Assembly (NCBI GenBank): GCA_019358935.1
Contig: JAHHIK010000036.1
Span: forward strand, 1-64,000
Reading direction: 5' to 3'
DNA: 64,000 nucleotides
Source of the DNA: Tolypothrix carrinoi HA7290-LM1
GTDB lineage: Bacteria > Cyanobacteriota > Cyanobacteriia > Cyanobacteriales > Nostocaceae
Below, piece by piece: positions 18,714 through 29,920 of the stretch (the stretch's first letter is position 1; each line of letters starts with the position of its first letter). A program made the translations under genes and the position numbers. The notes beneath the pieces are model-generated. The model was not told where the DNA came from and ran no database searches. It saw only the letters and a program-made list of their open reading frames with translations.

Positions 18714-20393
18714 ATGAGCGTTAAAATTCAGGCTACCCAGTATCCCATCCATAAAGTATTTAGCAATGACTTTGTTTTTAGCATCCCCCTTTACCAGCGT
18801 CCCTATGCTTGGACTACCGAGCAAGCAGAAGAACTGCTAGATGACCTGATTACATCTTTGGGAGACGGTAGAGAACCGATTGATGAGGTGAATCCTTATT
18901 TTTTAGGCAGCATCGTCTTAATAAAGGAAAACGAAGATAAACCAGATGCTCAGGTTGTAGACGGACAGCAACGCTTAACTACCCTTACTATTTTGCTTTC
19001 AGTTCTTAGGACATTGGTAGAACCAAAATATGCAAGTGCCTTAACAAAGTTGCTTGGAGAAAGCGATCCGTTTAATTACAGTTCCAACCATTACCGTTTA
19101 ACTTTAGCAAAGCGAGATGCAGACTTTTTCAAGCAATACATTCAGGATGAAAGCGGTATCAGCAAGCTCAAAGATTTAAACTCTGCTACCTTATCAGATA
19201 GTAGGAAAAACATTAAAGAAAATGCTTTACTATTTTTAAATAAGCTTTGTACGTTTTCAAATGATGAGCGGTTTCGCCTAGCCCAATTTGTTACTAAACG
19301 GTGTTTTTTAGTTATTGTTTCTACCTTAGATTTAGATTCTGCTTATCAAATATTTTCTGTGCTGAACGACCGAGGTTTAAACCTTTCTCTGTCTGATATT
19401 TTAAAGGCTGAAATCATAGGCAAAATATCGGAATCAGAGAAGGAAGCATACGCGAAAAAGTGGGACGATATCCAAGAGGATTTGGGACGAGATAAATTTC
19501 AATATCTCTTCACTCACATCCGCATGATTTATAGAAAATCAAAGCCAAAAGAAAGCATTCTCAAAGAATTTCGTCTATATATTAAACCGACAAATAATCC
19601 GGAAAGTTTTATTGATGAAATACTATGCCCTTATGCCAATTCGTATTTTGATATTAGCAAAGTAAATTATCGCCATCATCAATGTGCTGATAAAATTAAT
19701 AAGCTATTTGGGTGGTTAAAGCAGCTAGATAATTCTGACTGGATACCACCAGCAATTCTCTACCTATCGCAACAATATAATAATCCTGATGAACTGTTGC
19801 GTTTTTTTACTGCTTTAGAACGCCTTGCAGCAGGGATAATGATTCAACGGGTTAATATTAATGAGCGCATTGAACGTTACGGTAAATTGCTTTTGGCAAT
19901 TGAAAAGGGGGCAAATCTGTATGCAGAAGATTCACCACTTCAACTGACAATAGAAGAACGACGTAATATTATTAAGGTTCTCAATGATGACCTTTATTTA
20001 ATTTATAAAATTCGTCTCTTTGTTTTACTTCGTTTAGATGCTGCCCTTTCAAATGGCGAAGCTAGTTATGAATTTCCGACAATTAGTGTTGAACATGTTC
20101 TTCCACAAAATCCAGCTTCTAATAGTGTTTGGGTAAGTAAGTTTACCGACCGAGAACGCGAGAAGTACGTGCATCGTTTAGGAAACTTAGTTTTGCTATC
20201 TCGGAGGAAAAATAGTGAAGCGCAAAACTATGACTTTAAGAAGAAAAAAGAGAAGTATTTTACCATTAAAACAGGTGTTTCACCTTTTGCGCTGACTACT
20301 CAAGTGTTGCAAGAAAATGAATGGACATCGGCAGTTATTGAGCGACGACAGCAAAATTTGATTGGTGTTCTCAAGCAAGTTTGGCGATTATAG
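18714..20393 (+). CDS. GmrSD/SspE-like DUF262 + DUF1524 (HNH) protein
   Basis: IPLYQRPYAW, VVDGQQRLTTL, FSVLNDRG (DUF262); VEHVLPQ and LGNLVLL..KNS (DUF1524). Confidence 0.88.
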   Translation: MSVKIQATQYPIHKVFSNDFVFSIPLYQRPYAWTTEQAEELLDDLITSLGDGREPIDEVNPYFLGSIVLIKENEDKPDAQVVDGQQRLTTLTILLSVLRTLVEPKYASALTKLLGESDPFNYSSNHYRLTLAKRDADFFKQYIQDESGISKLKDLNSATLSDSRKNIKENALLFLNKLCTFSNDERFRLAQFVTKRCFLVIVSTLDLDSAYQIFSVLNDRGLNLSLSDILKAEIIGKISESEKEAYAKKWDDIQEDLGRDKFQYLFTHIRMIYRKSKPKESILKEFRLYIKPTNNPESFIDEILCPYANSYFDISKVNYRHHQCADKINKLFGWLKQLDNSDWIPPAILYLSQQYNNPDELLRFFTALERLAAGIMIQRVNINERIERYGKLLLAIEKGANLYAEDSPLQLTIEERRNIIKVLNDDLYLIYKIRLFVLLRLDAALSNGEASYEFPTISVEHVLPQNPASNSVWVSKFTDREREKYVHRLGNLVLLSRRKNSEAQNYDFKKKKEKYFTIKTGVSPFALTTQVLQENEWTSAVIERRQQNLIGVLKQVWRL

Positions 20394-20406
20394 TAGTCAG
20401 GTGTTG

Positions 20407-20448
20407 AGCGATCGCATATTCTTTGTTAACTTAATAAATGCGATCGCT
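20407..20448. terminator. HIP1-containing hairpin between convergent genes
   Basis: AGCGATCGCAT...ATGCGATCGCT. Confidence 0.45.
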
Positions 20449-20458
20449 TCTACTTCTA

Positions 20459-21382
20459 TCAATTGTGCTGATTATTATTACTGTAGCGAATCCTTGTCCC
20501 CGTCCACAGTAATTTTTCTCGCAGCGTTTGATAGTAGGAATAATTTTCCCGCAGAATAATAAACTTAGAGCGACAATCTGCCATCCGCACATCAACGCGG
20601 TGTCCTGGCCAAATTGAAGTAGCTAAAACCCCATCCATCCACAGCTTGGTACTCAACTCATAATCCCCCAAGGGCCAGATGCTGACAACGGAACCGGGAG
20701 GTAATACCAGAGGACGACTAGAAAGACTCATCGGACAAATGGGAGTGATGGTAATCGCTTCCATACCATCGTGCATAATCGGACCATTGGCAGAAACGGT
20801 GTAACCAGTGGAACCTGTGGGAGTAGCCAGAATCAAACCATCTCCTTGATACTGATCGACAATTTCACTATCAATTTCCATTTCTAAAATTGAAGTGATC
20901 ATGCGATCGGCAGAAGCAGGTTTGATACTCATATCATTCAAAGCCAGGTAGCGTTCGGTAACAGGTTCAATATTTGTCCCATGTCCCTCATACACCGCAG
21001 CTTGTAGCATCATACGCCGCTGGATAGCATAGCGATCCTCCAGCAGTCGATCCCAAACCTTCTCTGTATCCTGAAATTCTTCCACCGACTCAGTTAAAAA
21101 CCCCAGATGACCTCCCACATTCACTGCCAGAATTGGGATACCAGCTGGGGCTAAATGTCTTGCACCAGTTAAAACAGTACCATCACCGCCAAGTACCACA
21201 GCCAGATCGATTGGTTGCCCTACAGAAGCCAAAAACACCGGATAAGGATTGTCTTTTGGTCCACTGGGTCCCATCAATACGTGGCATTGGCGGTCTTCAA
21301 GTTGCTTGGCGCAGATTTCAGCCCAGCGTTTGCTTTGGGGGTCTCTTGCCTTATAAGCAATGATTACTTGCTTGAGTTGCAC
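20459..21382 (-). CDS. nadK: NAD(+) kinase
   Basis: LGGDGT, GHLGFL, LND, TPTGSTGY motifs; follows ndhE. Confidence 0.95.
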   Translation of the reverse strand: MQLKQVIIAYKARDPQSKRWAEICAKQLEDRQCHVLMGPSGPKDNPYPVFLASVGQPIDLAVVLGGDGTVLTGARHLAPAGIPILAVNVGGHLGFLTESVEEFQDTEKVWDRLLEDRYAIQRRMMLQAAVYEGHGTNIEPVTERYLALNDMSIKPASADRMITSILEMEIDSEIVDQYQGDGLILATPTGSTGYTVSANGPIMHDGMEAITITPICPMSLSSRPLVLPPGSVVSIWPLGDYELSTKLWMDGVLATSIWPGHRVDVRMADCRSKFIILRENYSYYQTLREKLLWTGTRIRYSNNNQHN

Positions 21383-21388
21383 TTCATA

Positions 21389-21694
21389 TCACCACTTCAG
21401 AAGATTAAACTGCTCCATATCGACAGTATCGCGGTTGCGATAAATGGCAAGCACGATCGCTAAACCAACTGCCGCTTCAGCAGCTGCCACGGTAATCACA
21501 AATACTGTGAAAACTTGACCTTTAATTAATGTTGAGTCTAGGAAGTTGGAAAATGCCATTAAATTCAGATTAACAGCATTCAGCATCAACTCAATCGACA
21601 TCAGCACCCGCACGGCGTTACGGCTAGTAATCAAGCCAAAGATGCCAATACAGAACAAAGCCGCTGCTAGTAATAAAAAGTACTGGAGTTGCAT
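21389..21694 (-). CDS. ndhE: NDH-1 subunit E (NuoK)
   Basis: [27 protein letters not shown]. Confidence 0.97.
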   Translation of the reverse strand: MQLQYFLLLAAALFCIGIFGLITSRNAVRVLMSIELMLNAVNLNLMAFSNFLDSTLIKGQVFTVFVITVAAAEAAVGLAIVLAIYRNRDTVDMEQFNLLKW

Positions 21695-21716
21695 GAATTT
21701 GTTTGTTGGTTGTTAA

Positions 21717-21817
21717 TGGGCATTGGGAATTGGGCATGGGGCATTGGGCATTGGGGCATTGGGCATTGGGGCATTGGGCATGGGTAATTGGTAATTGGTA
21801 ATTGGTAATTGGTAATT
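21717..21817. repeat. STRR array
   Basis: GGGCATT and GGTAATT heptamers. Confidence 0.85.
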
Positions 21818-21838
21818 GATAATTATTTTTATTCACCT

Positions 21839-21981
21839 ATTCCCCATTACCCCCTTCGGGGTTCGCCAGTCGCTCATGGGGGAGACCCCCAAGACCGCGC
21901 TGGCTCACCATTCCCCATTACCCCCTTCGGGGTTCGCCAGTCGCTCATGGGGGAGACCCCCAAGACCGCGCTGGCTCACCA
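21839..21981. repeat. Tandem 2 x 71-bp small dispersed repeat
   Basis: CCCCTTCGGGGTTCGCCAGTCGCTCATGGGGGAGACCCCCAAGACCGCGCTGGCTCACC repeated with a 71-bp period. Confidence 0.9.
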
Positions 21982-22022
21982 TTCCCCATTCCCCATTACC
22001 CATTCCCCATTCGCTTGTTTGA

Positions 22023-22670
22023 TTATTCGCGACGAGAACCACCACGATAAGTATCAGTACCATCTAAGTCAGTACTAGTACCAGCCGATACCAGTTCTCT
22101 GGGGCGTTCTGGTAAAGTTAAAATGGTTTGCGGCAATCCAGATGATATCGGTTCTGGTAAATACTCGCGACGCGCCAAAATAATTGCTCCCACCATTGCC
22201 ATTAGCAACAAAATAGAAGCGAGTTCAAAAGGTAGCAAAAAGTCACTAAAGAAATGCTCACCAATTAAAACGATGGAACTTTCACCACCCACAACAGGAG
22301 TTGAATGACTCCAAGGTGTCGCTAAGACCATCGTACTTAACAGGGCAAACAATCCTAGACTGACTACCCCCGTTAGGGCTTTACGTATCCAAGCATTGGG
22401 AAACGGCACAAAATCTTCCCGTTTATTTACCAACATAATGGCAAACAAAATCAGCACGTTCACCGCACCGACGTAAATTAGCAATTGCGCTGATGCTACA
22501 AAGTCACCATTTAGTAACAAGTACAAGCCAGCAATGCTAATAAACACGCCTCCTAACATAAAAGCAGAATAGACAATGCTTGAGAACAGCACTACACCAA
22601 GCGCTGACCCTACCATCATCACCGCCAGTATGCCAAAGGAAACGATTTGTACTCCTTCCGCTAGATTCAC
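22023..22670 (-). CDS. ndhG: NDH-1 subunit G (NuoJ)
   Basis: GTG start (NLAEGVQ), IYVGAVNVLILFAIML, LLPFELAS. Confidence 0.95.
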   Translation of the reverse strand: MNLAEGVQIVSFGILAVMMVGSALGVVLFSSIVYSAFMLGGVFISIAGLYLLLNGDFVASAQLLIYVGAVNVLILFAIMLVNKREDFVPFPNAWIRKALTGVVSLGLFALLSTMVLATPWSHSTPVVGGESSIVLIGEHFFSDFLLPFELASILLLMAMVGAIILARREYLPEPISSGLPQTILTLPERPRELVSAGTSTDLDGTDTYRGGSRRE

Positions 22671-22840
22671 TGTTTTTTTGTCCTCTGTCGGTTGATTGTT
22701 GGTTGTTAGTTGATAGTTGTCAATGGGCATTGGGCATTGGGCAATGGGCAATGGGCAATGGGAATAAAGCCAAATTTCGATCTCAGTCCACTTGGATGAT
22801 GCCCCATGCCCCATGCCCCATGCCCCACTAACCACTAACA

Positions 22841-23425
22841 TTATGATTTTTCCTGTTCCACTAAGTCTTCTGGACGGGCACCGGCGCTCTTGGCATCGGC
22901 TGGCAAACCGTGGGGTTCCATCACGCCTTTGGGTAGGTAAACCAGTTCGCGTAGCGGTGTTACCATCGGGTCATCTGTGACTTTGTAAGGCAAACGACCT
23001 AGCGCCACGTTGTCATAGTTCAATTCATGGCGATCGTATGTGGAAAGCTCATACTCTTCTGTCATCGATAAACAGTTAGTTGGGCAAAATTCTACGCAGT
23101 TACCGCAGAAGATACAAACTCCAAAGTCGATGCTGTAGTGGTTAAGCTTTTTCTTTTTGCTTGCCTTGTCGTATTCCCAATCAACAACAGGCAGGTTAAT
23201 TGGACAAACACGAACACAGACTTCGCAAGCAATGCACTTATCAAATTCAAAGTGAATTCTACCGCGAAACCGCTCCCCAAGAATCAGTTTTTCGTAAGGA
23301 TACTGTACGGTTATTGGACGCCGTTGCATGTGGTCGAAGGTGACAGACAAACCTTGACCAATGTAACGAGCAGCTTGTACCGTTTCTTTGGCGTAATCAC
23401 CAACTTGTTTTAGGAACTTTAACAT
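22841..23425 (-). CDS. ndhI: NDH-1 subunit I
   Basis: [23 protein letters not shown] and [12 protein letters not shown]. Confidence 0.97.
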   Translation of the reverse strand: MLKFLKQVGDYAKETVQAARYIGQGLSVTFDHMQRRPITVQYPYEKLILGERFRGRIHFEFDKCIACEVCVRVCPINLPVVDWEYDKASKKKKLNHYSIDFGVCIFCGNCVEFCPTNCLSMTEEYELSTYDRHELNYDNVALGRLPYKVTDDPMVTPLRELVYLPKGVMEPHGLPADAKSAGARPEDLVEQEKS

Positions 23426-23626
23426 TTTGTGTCTCTCTCTCAAAAAGTTAGGAGTTAGAAGTTAGGAGTTAGAAGTTAGGAGCTAGAAGTTAGGAGTTAG
23501 AAGTTAGGAGTTAGTGTTAAAAATACTCAGTATTGAATTGTTAATTTAACACTCAAATCAAAAAACTCAGACTCGTTAACTCTTAACTCCTCACTCCTCA
23601 CTCCTCACTCTTAACTCCTCATCCCA

Positions 23627-24745
23627 TTAGCCGCCAAAAGCAAAGGGAAAGGCTAGTTTCAAGGCTGCGGTTAATAGAAGGTTAACCAACCCAACTGGTA
23701 GTAAGAATTTCCATCCTAAATCTAGCAATTGGTCAATGCGAACCCGTGGCACTGTCCAGCGCAACAGAATTGCGAGAAAGACTAAGAAGTAAGCCTTAAG
23801 TAGAGTCATGGTGATGCCTAGTGAGGCATCTACGATCTGCAATACGGGATTAGTTTCGCTAACTCCGACCCAACTGGCAATCAAGTTAAGTGAAATGGGA
23901 AAATCCCAGCCACCCAAATATAAAACTGATACTAGCAAGGCAGAAAGCACCAGGTTGACATAAGAACTTAGGTAGAACAGAGCGAATTTCATCCCAGAAT
24001 ATTCAGTCTGGTAGCCTGCTACTATTTCTTCTTCGGCTTCGGGTAGGTCAAAAGGCATACGTTCGCATTCGGCAAGAGCGGAGATCCAAAAGATGATAAA
24101 ACCGACTGGTTGCCGCCAAACGTTCCATCCCAAAATGCCGTAACCCGATTGTTGATTGACGATATCAACGGTGCTGAGGCTGTTAGACATCATGACGATC
24201 GCTAACACCGATAACGCCAAAGGAATCTCATAACTAATCGATTGCGCTGCTGCCCGCAACCCCCCTAAGAGGGAGTATTTGTTATTTGAGGCGTAACCAG
24301 CCATCAGCAAGCCAATCGGCTGAATGCTAGATAAAGCAATCCACAAAAAGACTCCTGTACCAATATTGCTAATCAGGATATTCTGTCCAAAAGGCACAAT
24401 CAGATATGACAGAAATACTGGCAATACAACGATGATTGGACCGAGGGTAAACAGCCAGGGGTCAGCCTGAGTTGGCACTACATCTTCTTTGAATACCAAC
24501 TTTAGACCATCGGCTACAGGAGCCAACAAGCCTAAAGGTCCTATGTATTCAGGTCCAATCCGCTGCTGTGCGGCTGCGGAAATCTTCCTTTCTAACCAAA
24601 CACAAACCAGCACACCAACTGTTGCCCCAATGAGCATCAATATCATCGGCAGGGGCATCCAAATTGCTTTGGCTGTGCCGGGTGGTAGCCCCAAATCCAT
24701 CAGGGATTTAATAAAAGTTCCTTGGAGGTCAATTCCTGGATTCAT
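23627..24745 (-). CDS. ndhA: NDH-1 subunit A (NuoH)
   Basis: [34 protein letters not shown]. Confidence 0.98.
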   Translation of the reverse strand: MNPGIDLQGTFIKSLMDLGLPPGTAKAIWMPLPMILMLIGATVGVLVCVWLERKISAAAQQRIGPEYIGPLGLLAPVADGLKLVFKEDVVPTQADPWLFTLGPIIVVLPVFLSYLIVPFGQNILISNIGTGVFLWIALSSIQPIGLLMAGYASNNKYSLLGGLRAAAQSISYEIPLALSVLAIVMMSNSLSTVDIVNQQSGYGILGWNVWRQPVGFIIFWISALAECERMPFDLPEAEEEIVAGYQTEYSGMKFALFYLSSYVNLVLSALLVSVLYLGGWDFPISLNLIASWVGVSETNPVLQIVDASLGITMTLLKAYFLVFLAILLRWTVPRVRIDQLLDLGWKFLLPVGLVNLLLTAALKLAFPFAFGG

Positions 24746-25107
24746 TTTTCCGTTGTTGAAGTCATTGAGTCTTAGTCATTTACAACTATTAATTTAAGTT
24801 AATATTTGTAAACTTATCCATTAATAATTCTGCTGTTGTTGACGCTTGATTGAAGATTTGTTGCTAATTACCATGCCTAGTATATCGTTGGATGGTTTTT
24901 CCCCTCCTCAACCTAATGAGAAGTTTTACCTATGGTAATGATTGAGAATTGGGGAATGGGGCATGGGGCATGGGGCATGCGGCATGGGGCATGGGGCATG
25001 GAAAAAATCTCCCATTGCCCATTACCCATTGCCCATTGCCCATTGCCCATTGCCCATTGCCCATTGCCCATTGCGATAGGGCCCATTGCCCCATGCCCCA
25101 TTACGCA

Positions 25108-26244
25108 TTAACGCTCTTCAATGGCGGTGTAAGCAATTTCGTGCTGACCGTTGTAAACTTGGGTAGGACGGAAAATGCGGTTTTCTGCGAGTTGTTCTTT
25201 CCAGTGAGCTAACCAACCGGCAACACGAGCGATCGCAAATATTGGTGTAAACAAATCTGTAGGAATTCCTAATTTGGCATACACCAAACCCGAATAAAAG
25301 TCAACATTCGGATAAATTCCTTTATGACCGAGTTTCTCTTCTACCACCCGTTCCATCTCGACGGCGATATCATAGTACTTATCACTGCCAAATTTCGCAA
25401 ACAATTGCTGTGCTAAGTCTTGCAAAATCGTGGCTCGCGGGTCTTTCACTTTGTAAACACGATGTCCAAAGCCCATAATTTTGGCTTTGCGTTGCAGACA
25501 ATCTTCTAGGTAGGGACGTACATTCGCTACCGAGCCAATTTCTTCTAACATCTGAATTACTTCTTCGTTTGCCCCACCGTGCAAAGGTCCTCCCAAGGTT
25601 CCGACTGCGCTGGCAACCACGGCGTAAGGGTCAGTTAAAGTAGAAGCTGTCACCCTGGCGCTGAAGGTGGAAGCATTCATTGTATGCTCGGCATGAAGTA
25701 TCAAGCAGACATCAAAAATTCGCGCTGCTAGCGGATCGGGTTCTTTCTCGCTCAACATATAGAGAAAGTTAGCGGAGTAATCCAGGTCATCGCGAGGACG
25801 CACCGGATCGTTACCTTTTCGCATTAACTGAAACGCTGCTACCATTGTCGGAATGGTTGCCAACAAGCGAACCACTGCATCCCGAATGTAGGCAGGGTTA
25901 TGTAAGTCACGGCGCGAATAAAACAAGCCTAAAGCTGCGGCTGAGGCTTGCAGAGCATCCATTGGATGACCGCTTTCTGGAAAGCATTTCATCATGTCAC
26001 GGATGCGATATTTTATCCGTCTGTGGTGGCGAACTTCATGCTCAAACGCTTGCAGTTCTTCGGATGTGGGCAACTGACCCCAGATTAACAGATAAGCAGT
26101 TTCCAGAAATGTACTTTTTTCTGCTAGTTCCTCAATTCGGATGCCACGATATTCTAGTATTCCCTTTTGCCCGTCAACATTGCTGATACTGGATTCGGCG
26201 GCGGGAATGCCTTCCAAACCGGGCTTATATTCGCACACCATCAT
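25108..26244 (-). CDS. gltA: Citrate synthase
   Basis: HAEHTMNASTF, GPLHGGANE, GFGHRVY, YPNVDFYSG. Confidence 0.98.
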   Translation of the reverse strand: MMVCEYKPGLEGIPAAESSISNVDGQKGILEYRGIRIEELAEKSTFLETAYLLIWGQLPTSEELQAFEHEVRHHRRIKYRIRDMMKCFPESGHPMDALQASAAALGLFYSRRDLHNPAYIRDAVVRLLATIPTMVAAFQLMRKGNDPVRPRDDLDYSANFLYMLSEKEPDPLAARIFDVCLILHAEHTMNASTFSARVTASTLTDPYAVVASAVGTLGGPLHGGANEEVIQMLEEIGSVANVRPYLEDCLQRKAKIMGFGHRVYKVKDPRATILQDLAQQLFAKFGSDKYYDIAVEMERVVEEKLGHKGIYPNVDFYSGLVYAKLGIPTDLFTPIFAIARVAGWLAHWKEQLAENRIFRPTQVYNGQHEIAYTAIEER

Positions 26245-26356
26245 GGCAACACCATCTGTTTTTTGAAAGTTTTGCTCAAGCTAACTTACCAGAAATTGTT
26301 ATCGCCATAACAGTATCTCTTGTAACCATAGTTCTTTGAAAACTATAAAGAAACCG

Positions 26357-26851
26357 TTATAGCAAGTACTTGGGTGGTGTCAACCAAAACATCTGACTAC
26401 GACCCAGATATGAGCCTTTTTCTGGTAGTTTTATTCCGATCATACCTGCTTTTTTCAGGACTAAACCTCCTTTGGCATCACCCCAAAGGAGAATTTCTGC
26501 CCATTCGCTCAAACAAGGTTCATGTCCAACCAGCGCAAGTTGGGTTTGCGGTGAATAATTTCTCGGTTCCAACCAGTCCGCAACCCAACTATGAATATCG
26601 CCATCAAAGCCCAGGTAGATGCATTCTTCCATTTGCGAACTTAGTGCGGTGGCAATGAGGATTTCTGCGGTTTGACGAGCGCGTACTAAGGGACTGGTGG
26701 CGATTAAATCAAAGTGTAAACCCAACGTTTTCAGTCGTTGGGCAATTTTCTCGGTTTTTTGTCGTCCTTCTTTGGTAAGCGATCGCTCTTCATCTGTTAT
26801 CTGAGATCCACCCGATTCGGCGATACCGTGACGAATTAAATACAGTTCCAC
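26357..26851 (-). CDS. sixA: Phosphohistidine phosphatase SixA
   Basis: [26 protein letters not shown] start at 26851. Confidence 0.93.
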   Translation of the reverse strand: MELYLIRHGIAESGGSQITDEERSLTKEGRQKTEKIAQRLKTLGLHFDLIATSPLVRARQTAEILIATALSSQMEECIYLGFDGDIHSWVADWLEPRNYSPQTQLALVGHEPCLSEWAEILLWGDAKGGLVLKKAGMIGIKLPEKGSYLGRSQMFWLTPPKYLL

Positions 26852-27012
26852 AGGTTGTTGGTTGATAGTTGTCAATGGGCATTGGGCATTGGGCATTGGT
26901 AATTGGGAATTGGTAATAGGTAATTGGGAATTAGGAATAATTCTTCCCCTTTCCCCCTCTTCAAATCCCCATTACCCATTACCCATTACCCATTACCCAC
27001 TATCCACTATCC

Positions 27013-28293
27013 CTACTCAGCTTGAATCAAATTATCTTTAGGATTCACCAACCGCAACAACTTTTGTTTAACTTGAGCATCGAAGACTTCCCATTTCATC
27101 CTCGCATAGGCAGAATTTTCGTTGCCTCCAGATAAGAAACCCATCGGAATCTCAAAACCCCCTGCGCTGGTTCTCCCACCACCAAAGAAGCGTCCTGTAC
27201 TATCTTGCCCAAAGGCTTCTTTGATAAACTCGTCGGGGTCTAGGGTAAGTTTGCTAGTTCTCAAAGAACCGACAACTACTTCGAGTTCCTCATCTTCGTC
27301 GTGAACAATGCCGTAAACTACGGCGGTATGAACGTTTTCTTCTGTCACCAAAAAATCTGCCGCTTGGGGGATGGCATCGCGGTCATCGTAGCGTAGATAC
27401 CCCACACCCGCAATGGAAAAGTTATTTTGGACGATGCGATTTTTAAGCGATCGCTCAATCACATCCATCACAGGTTTGGAACGATTTGCCTGAAGTACCG
27501 CGTTCAGCAATTGGACATCACAAAATCGACTTAGATACGCAGCTGCCATAAAGTCCTCTTCTTGCGCTTGCATCAGACGATTTGTATCAGATCGCAAGCC
27601 ATGCATCAAGGCAGTAGCGCATTTTATATGCTGATTTGTGCCATTATCTAAGCTCAGTAGCCCTGCTTGTAAGTACTGTGTAAAAATCGTTGCCGTCGCT
27701 CGCACAAACGGACGGATATCAACAAATTCTGACTTCAGTTCTCCTTGTGAACTATGATGATCGATGACCGCTACTAGTGGCATTCCTGCCTGCTGCACTA
27801 CTGGCAATAGTTGACTGGTCGTTCCTTGGTTATCGATTAATACGAAACCTTGATAATATGACAAATCCTTGCTTTTCAAGGTTTGCACTGACCAACGCTG
27901 TGCCGGTAAACCTGTCAGCTTGACTAAGGCAATGTTTTCTTGATGCGAGAGTGTGCCAGCGTAAATTATTTCACATTTTATATCGTACTGCTGGGCAATT
28001 AACTGATAAGCCCAAGCAGAAGAAAGAGCATCCGGGTCAGGAAAATCTTGTAGAATTATCAGCTGGCGATCGTGTCGGTGTGCTGTAAGCGTATGACGCA
28101 ATTCTTCTGACTTCTGATTTCCCTCGCTATTACGTCCAGCTAAAGAATTATGGACGTCACTTGTCACAAAGGACGGCTTTGTGGTTGGAAGCTCAATCGC
28201 TTCTTGGTTTATTTCCAAATCATCTGGGTTGACTTCCGATGTCAATGACAAGCTTTTTAATTGAGTACGGTGAGAATTTAATTGCATAAACAA
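27013..28293 (-). CDS. DHH family phosphoesterase (NrnA-like)
   Basis: PDPDAL, IDNQ, IDHH, SDT, GGGR..AGG motifs. Confidence 0.88.
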   Translation of the reverse strand: MFMQLNSHRTQLKSLSLTSEVNPDDLEINQEAIELPTTKPSFVTSDVHNSLAGRNSEGNQKSEELRHTLTAHRHDRQLIILQDFPDPDALSSAWAYQLIAQQYDIKCEIIYAGTLSHQENIALVKLTGLPAQRWSVQTLKSKDLSYYQGFVLIDNQGTTSQLLPVVQQAGMPLVAVIDHHSSQGELKSEFVDIRPFVRATATIFTQYLQAGLLSLDNGTNQHIKCATALMHGLRSDTNRLMQAQEEDFMAAAYLSRFCDVQLLNAVLQANRSKPVMDVIERSLKNRIVQNNFSIAGVGYLRYDDRDAIPQAADFLVTEENVHTAVVYGIVHDEDEELEVVVGSLRTSKLTLDPDEFIKEAFGQDSTGRFFGGGRTSAGGFEIPMGFLSGGNENSAYARMKWEVFDAQVKQKLLRLVNPKDNLIQAE

Positions 28294-29007
28294 CTTTTTT
28301 CGTGAGTGTGAGGCTGGATTTAAATTTATTTGTTAATAAATACAACTGCTCATTTATTGATTTCGCCACACTTATACGATCTTCGCAAAATCTTTGCCGC
28401 CTAGCACTGTGTCTGCAAGTTGATTTTTTCCCAAGGCTAATCGTAAAGATTAATCTTTACAATTAGGCAAAAACTATAACTTATGAGGTTTGAAATTTTT
28501 CCCTATCTATGTAGCTATTACTAGTACACTGGATGAAAATGAGCCATAAGCTCAGAATACAGGTTTTTTAATTTTGCGTAAAGTTCGAGCAAAAAAAGCC
28601 TCAACTGAGAACTTTCAATCTTCTTGCGCGAATTTTTTATTTTTAATTTTTATCTATGTCTACTAGTCTCTACTTCCCGCTAAAAGCGAAATCAACAATT
28701 AACAATTATTTCTCAGCAATAACGGGCTGTTAATGTTTGCGTGTGAATATTCCGCTCATTTAAAGCGTATCTTAGTTACTTGGTAGCACTTTGATGTATA
28801 ATTAAAAGCTACGTTAGTTCGCACTTGATTTTCGCTGACAGCTTTGGCAGATGATGTGGCAAAATTTTCACGCATAAAGCTAAAATGCGGCGTTATCTCA
28901 CTGAACAGTTCATAACCCCCAAAGGAAAGTTAAAATGTCTGTCCTGGGAATATGCGACAAAAACGCTTACTTTCTTCCAACTGCTGTGTAGAAAGGAAAA
29001 ATGATTA

Positions 29008-29505
29008 TCAAAGTCCTATGACATATTTTTGCCACTCTTGGTGAAGTCCACTTTTAAGATGTTTGCTGACCTCAAAGTAGAGGCTGCTATAAGGCTGTCT
29101 GGGCGGATGACGCAAAGGCATGTTAGCTTCGTGAGGCGTGCGGTTGCCTTTTTTAACATTGCAGCGGACACAAGCTGTAACAATGTTATCCCAGGTATCG
29201 CCACCACGACGCGATCGCGGCAAAACGTGGTCTAGCGTCAACTCGTCTCCTGTGTAACCGCAGTATTGACAAGTGTGACCGTCACGATGCAAGATATTTC
29301 GGCGAGTAAGAGGAATTTCCTTGTAGGGAACGCGCACGTAATGGCGCAAGCGGATCACAGTTGGCAGGGGAAATTCCGAATATAAAAATTTCCCATTGTG
29401 TTCCACCCGCTCTGCCTTGCCTTTGATCAACAAAACCACCGCGCGACGCCAGCTTGTGATGTTGAGCGGTTCGTAAGAGGCGTTAAGGACTAAAACCTTC
29501 CCCAT
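29008..29505 (-). CDS. HNH endonuclease family protein
   Basis: VLVLNASYEPL, RDGHTCQYCG, TLDHVLPRS, TACVRCNVKKG. Confidence 0.92.
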   Translation of the reverse strand: MGKVLVLNASYEPLNITSWRRAVVLLIKGKAERVEHNGKFLYSEFPLPTVIRLRHYVRVPYKEIPLTRRNILHRDGHTCQYCGYTGDELTLDHVLPRSRRGGDTWDNIVTACVRCNVKKGNRTPHEANMPLRHPPRQPYSSLYFEVSKHLKSGLHQEWQKYVIGL

Positions 29506-29619
29506 TGATTAACGCTCAATGTATTAGTTTTACATATATTAACACAATTATACTCGGCTTGGAAGATGAGAATAAATTATACTTCCGGCAGAATTTAGAT
29601 ATTTTTGATAAGTCTTTCT

Positions 29620-29750
29620 GGGGAGTGGAGGAGTGGAGGAGTGGGGAGTGGGGGGAGTGGGGGACAAGGGGGACGACTTGGGGGACGACTTGGGGACAAG
29701 GGGGACGACTTGAGGACAAGGGGGACAAGGGGGACAAGGGGGACAAGGGA
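29620..29750. repeat. STRR array
   Basis: GGAGTG and GACAAGG runs. Confidence 0.8.
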
Positions 29751-29920
29751 AAGTGAAAAATGATACTGAGAGTGAACTTTGGCAGCATCAAATTATCAGC
29801 TTGTGCCAATCAAGTGACGAAAAGTCAACTTTCTGATTAAATCTGATGAGTGCTTCTAGCGGTGGAATAACTAGATAGTCACAAATATCTATCAAAGTGG
29901 TGTGATAGGAGAAAGTAAAA

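Noticed and set aside
29008..29505. HNH gene as a homing or defence nuclease
   Set aside because: Looks like the common cyanobacterial HNH next to alr; no intron, methylase or mobile context
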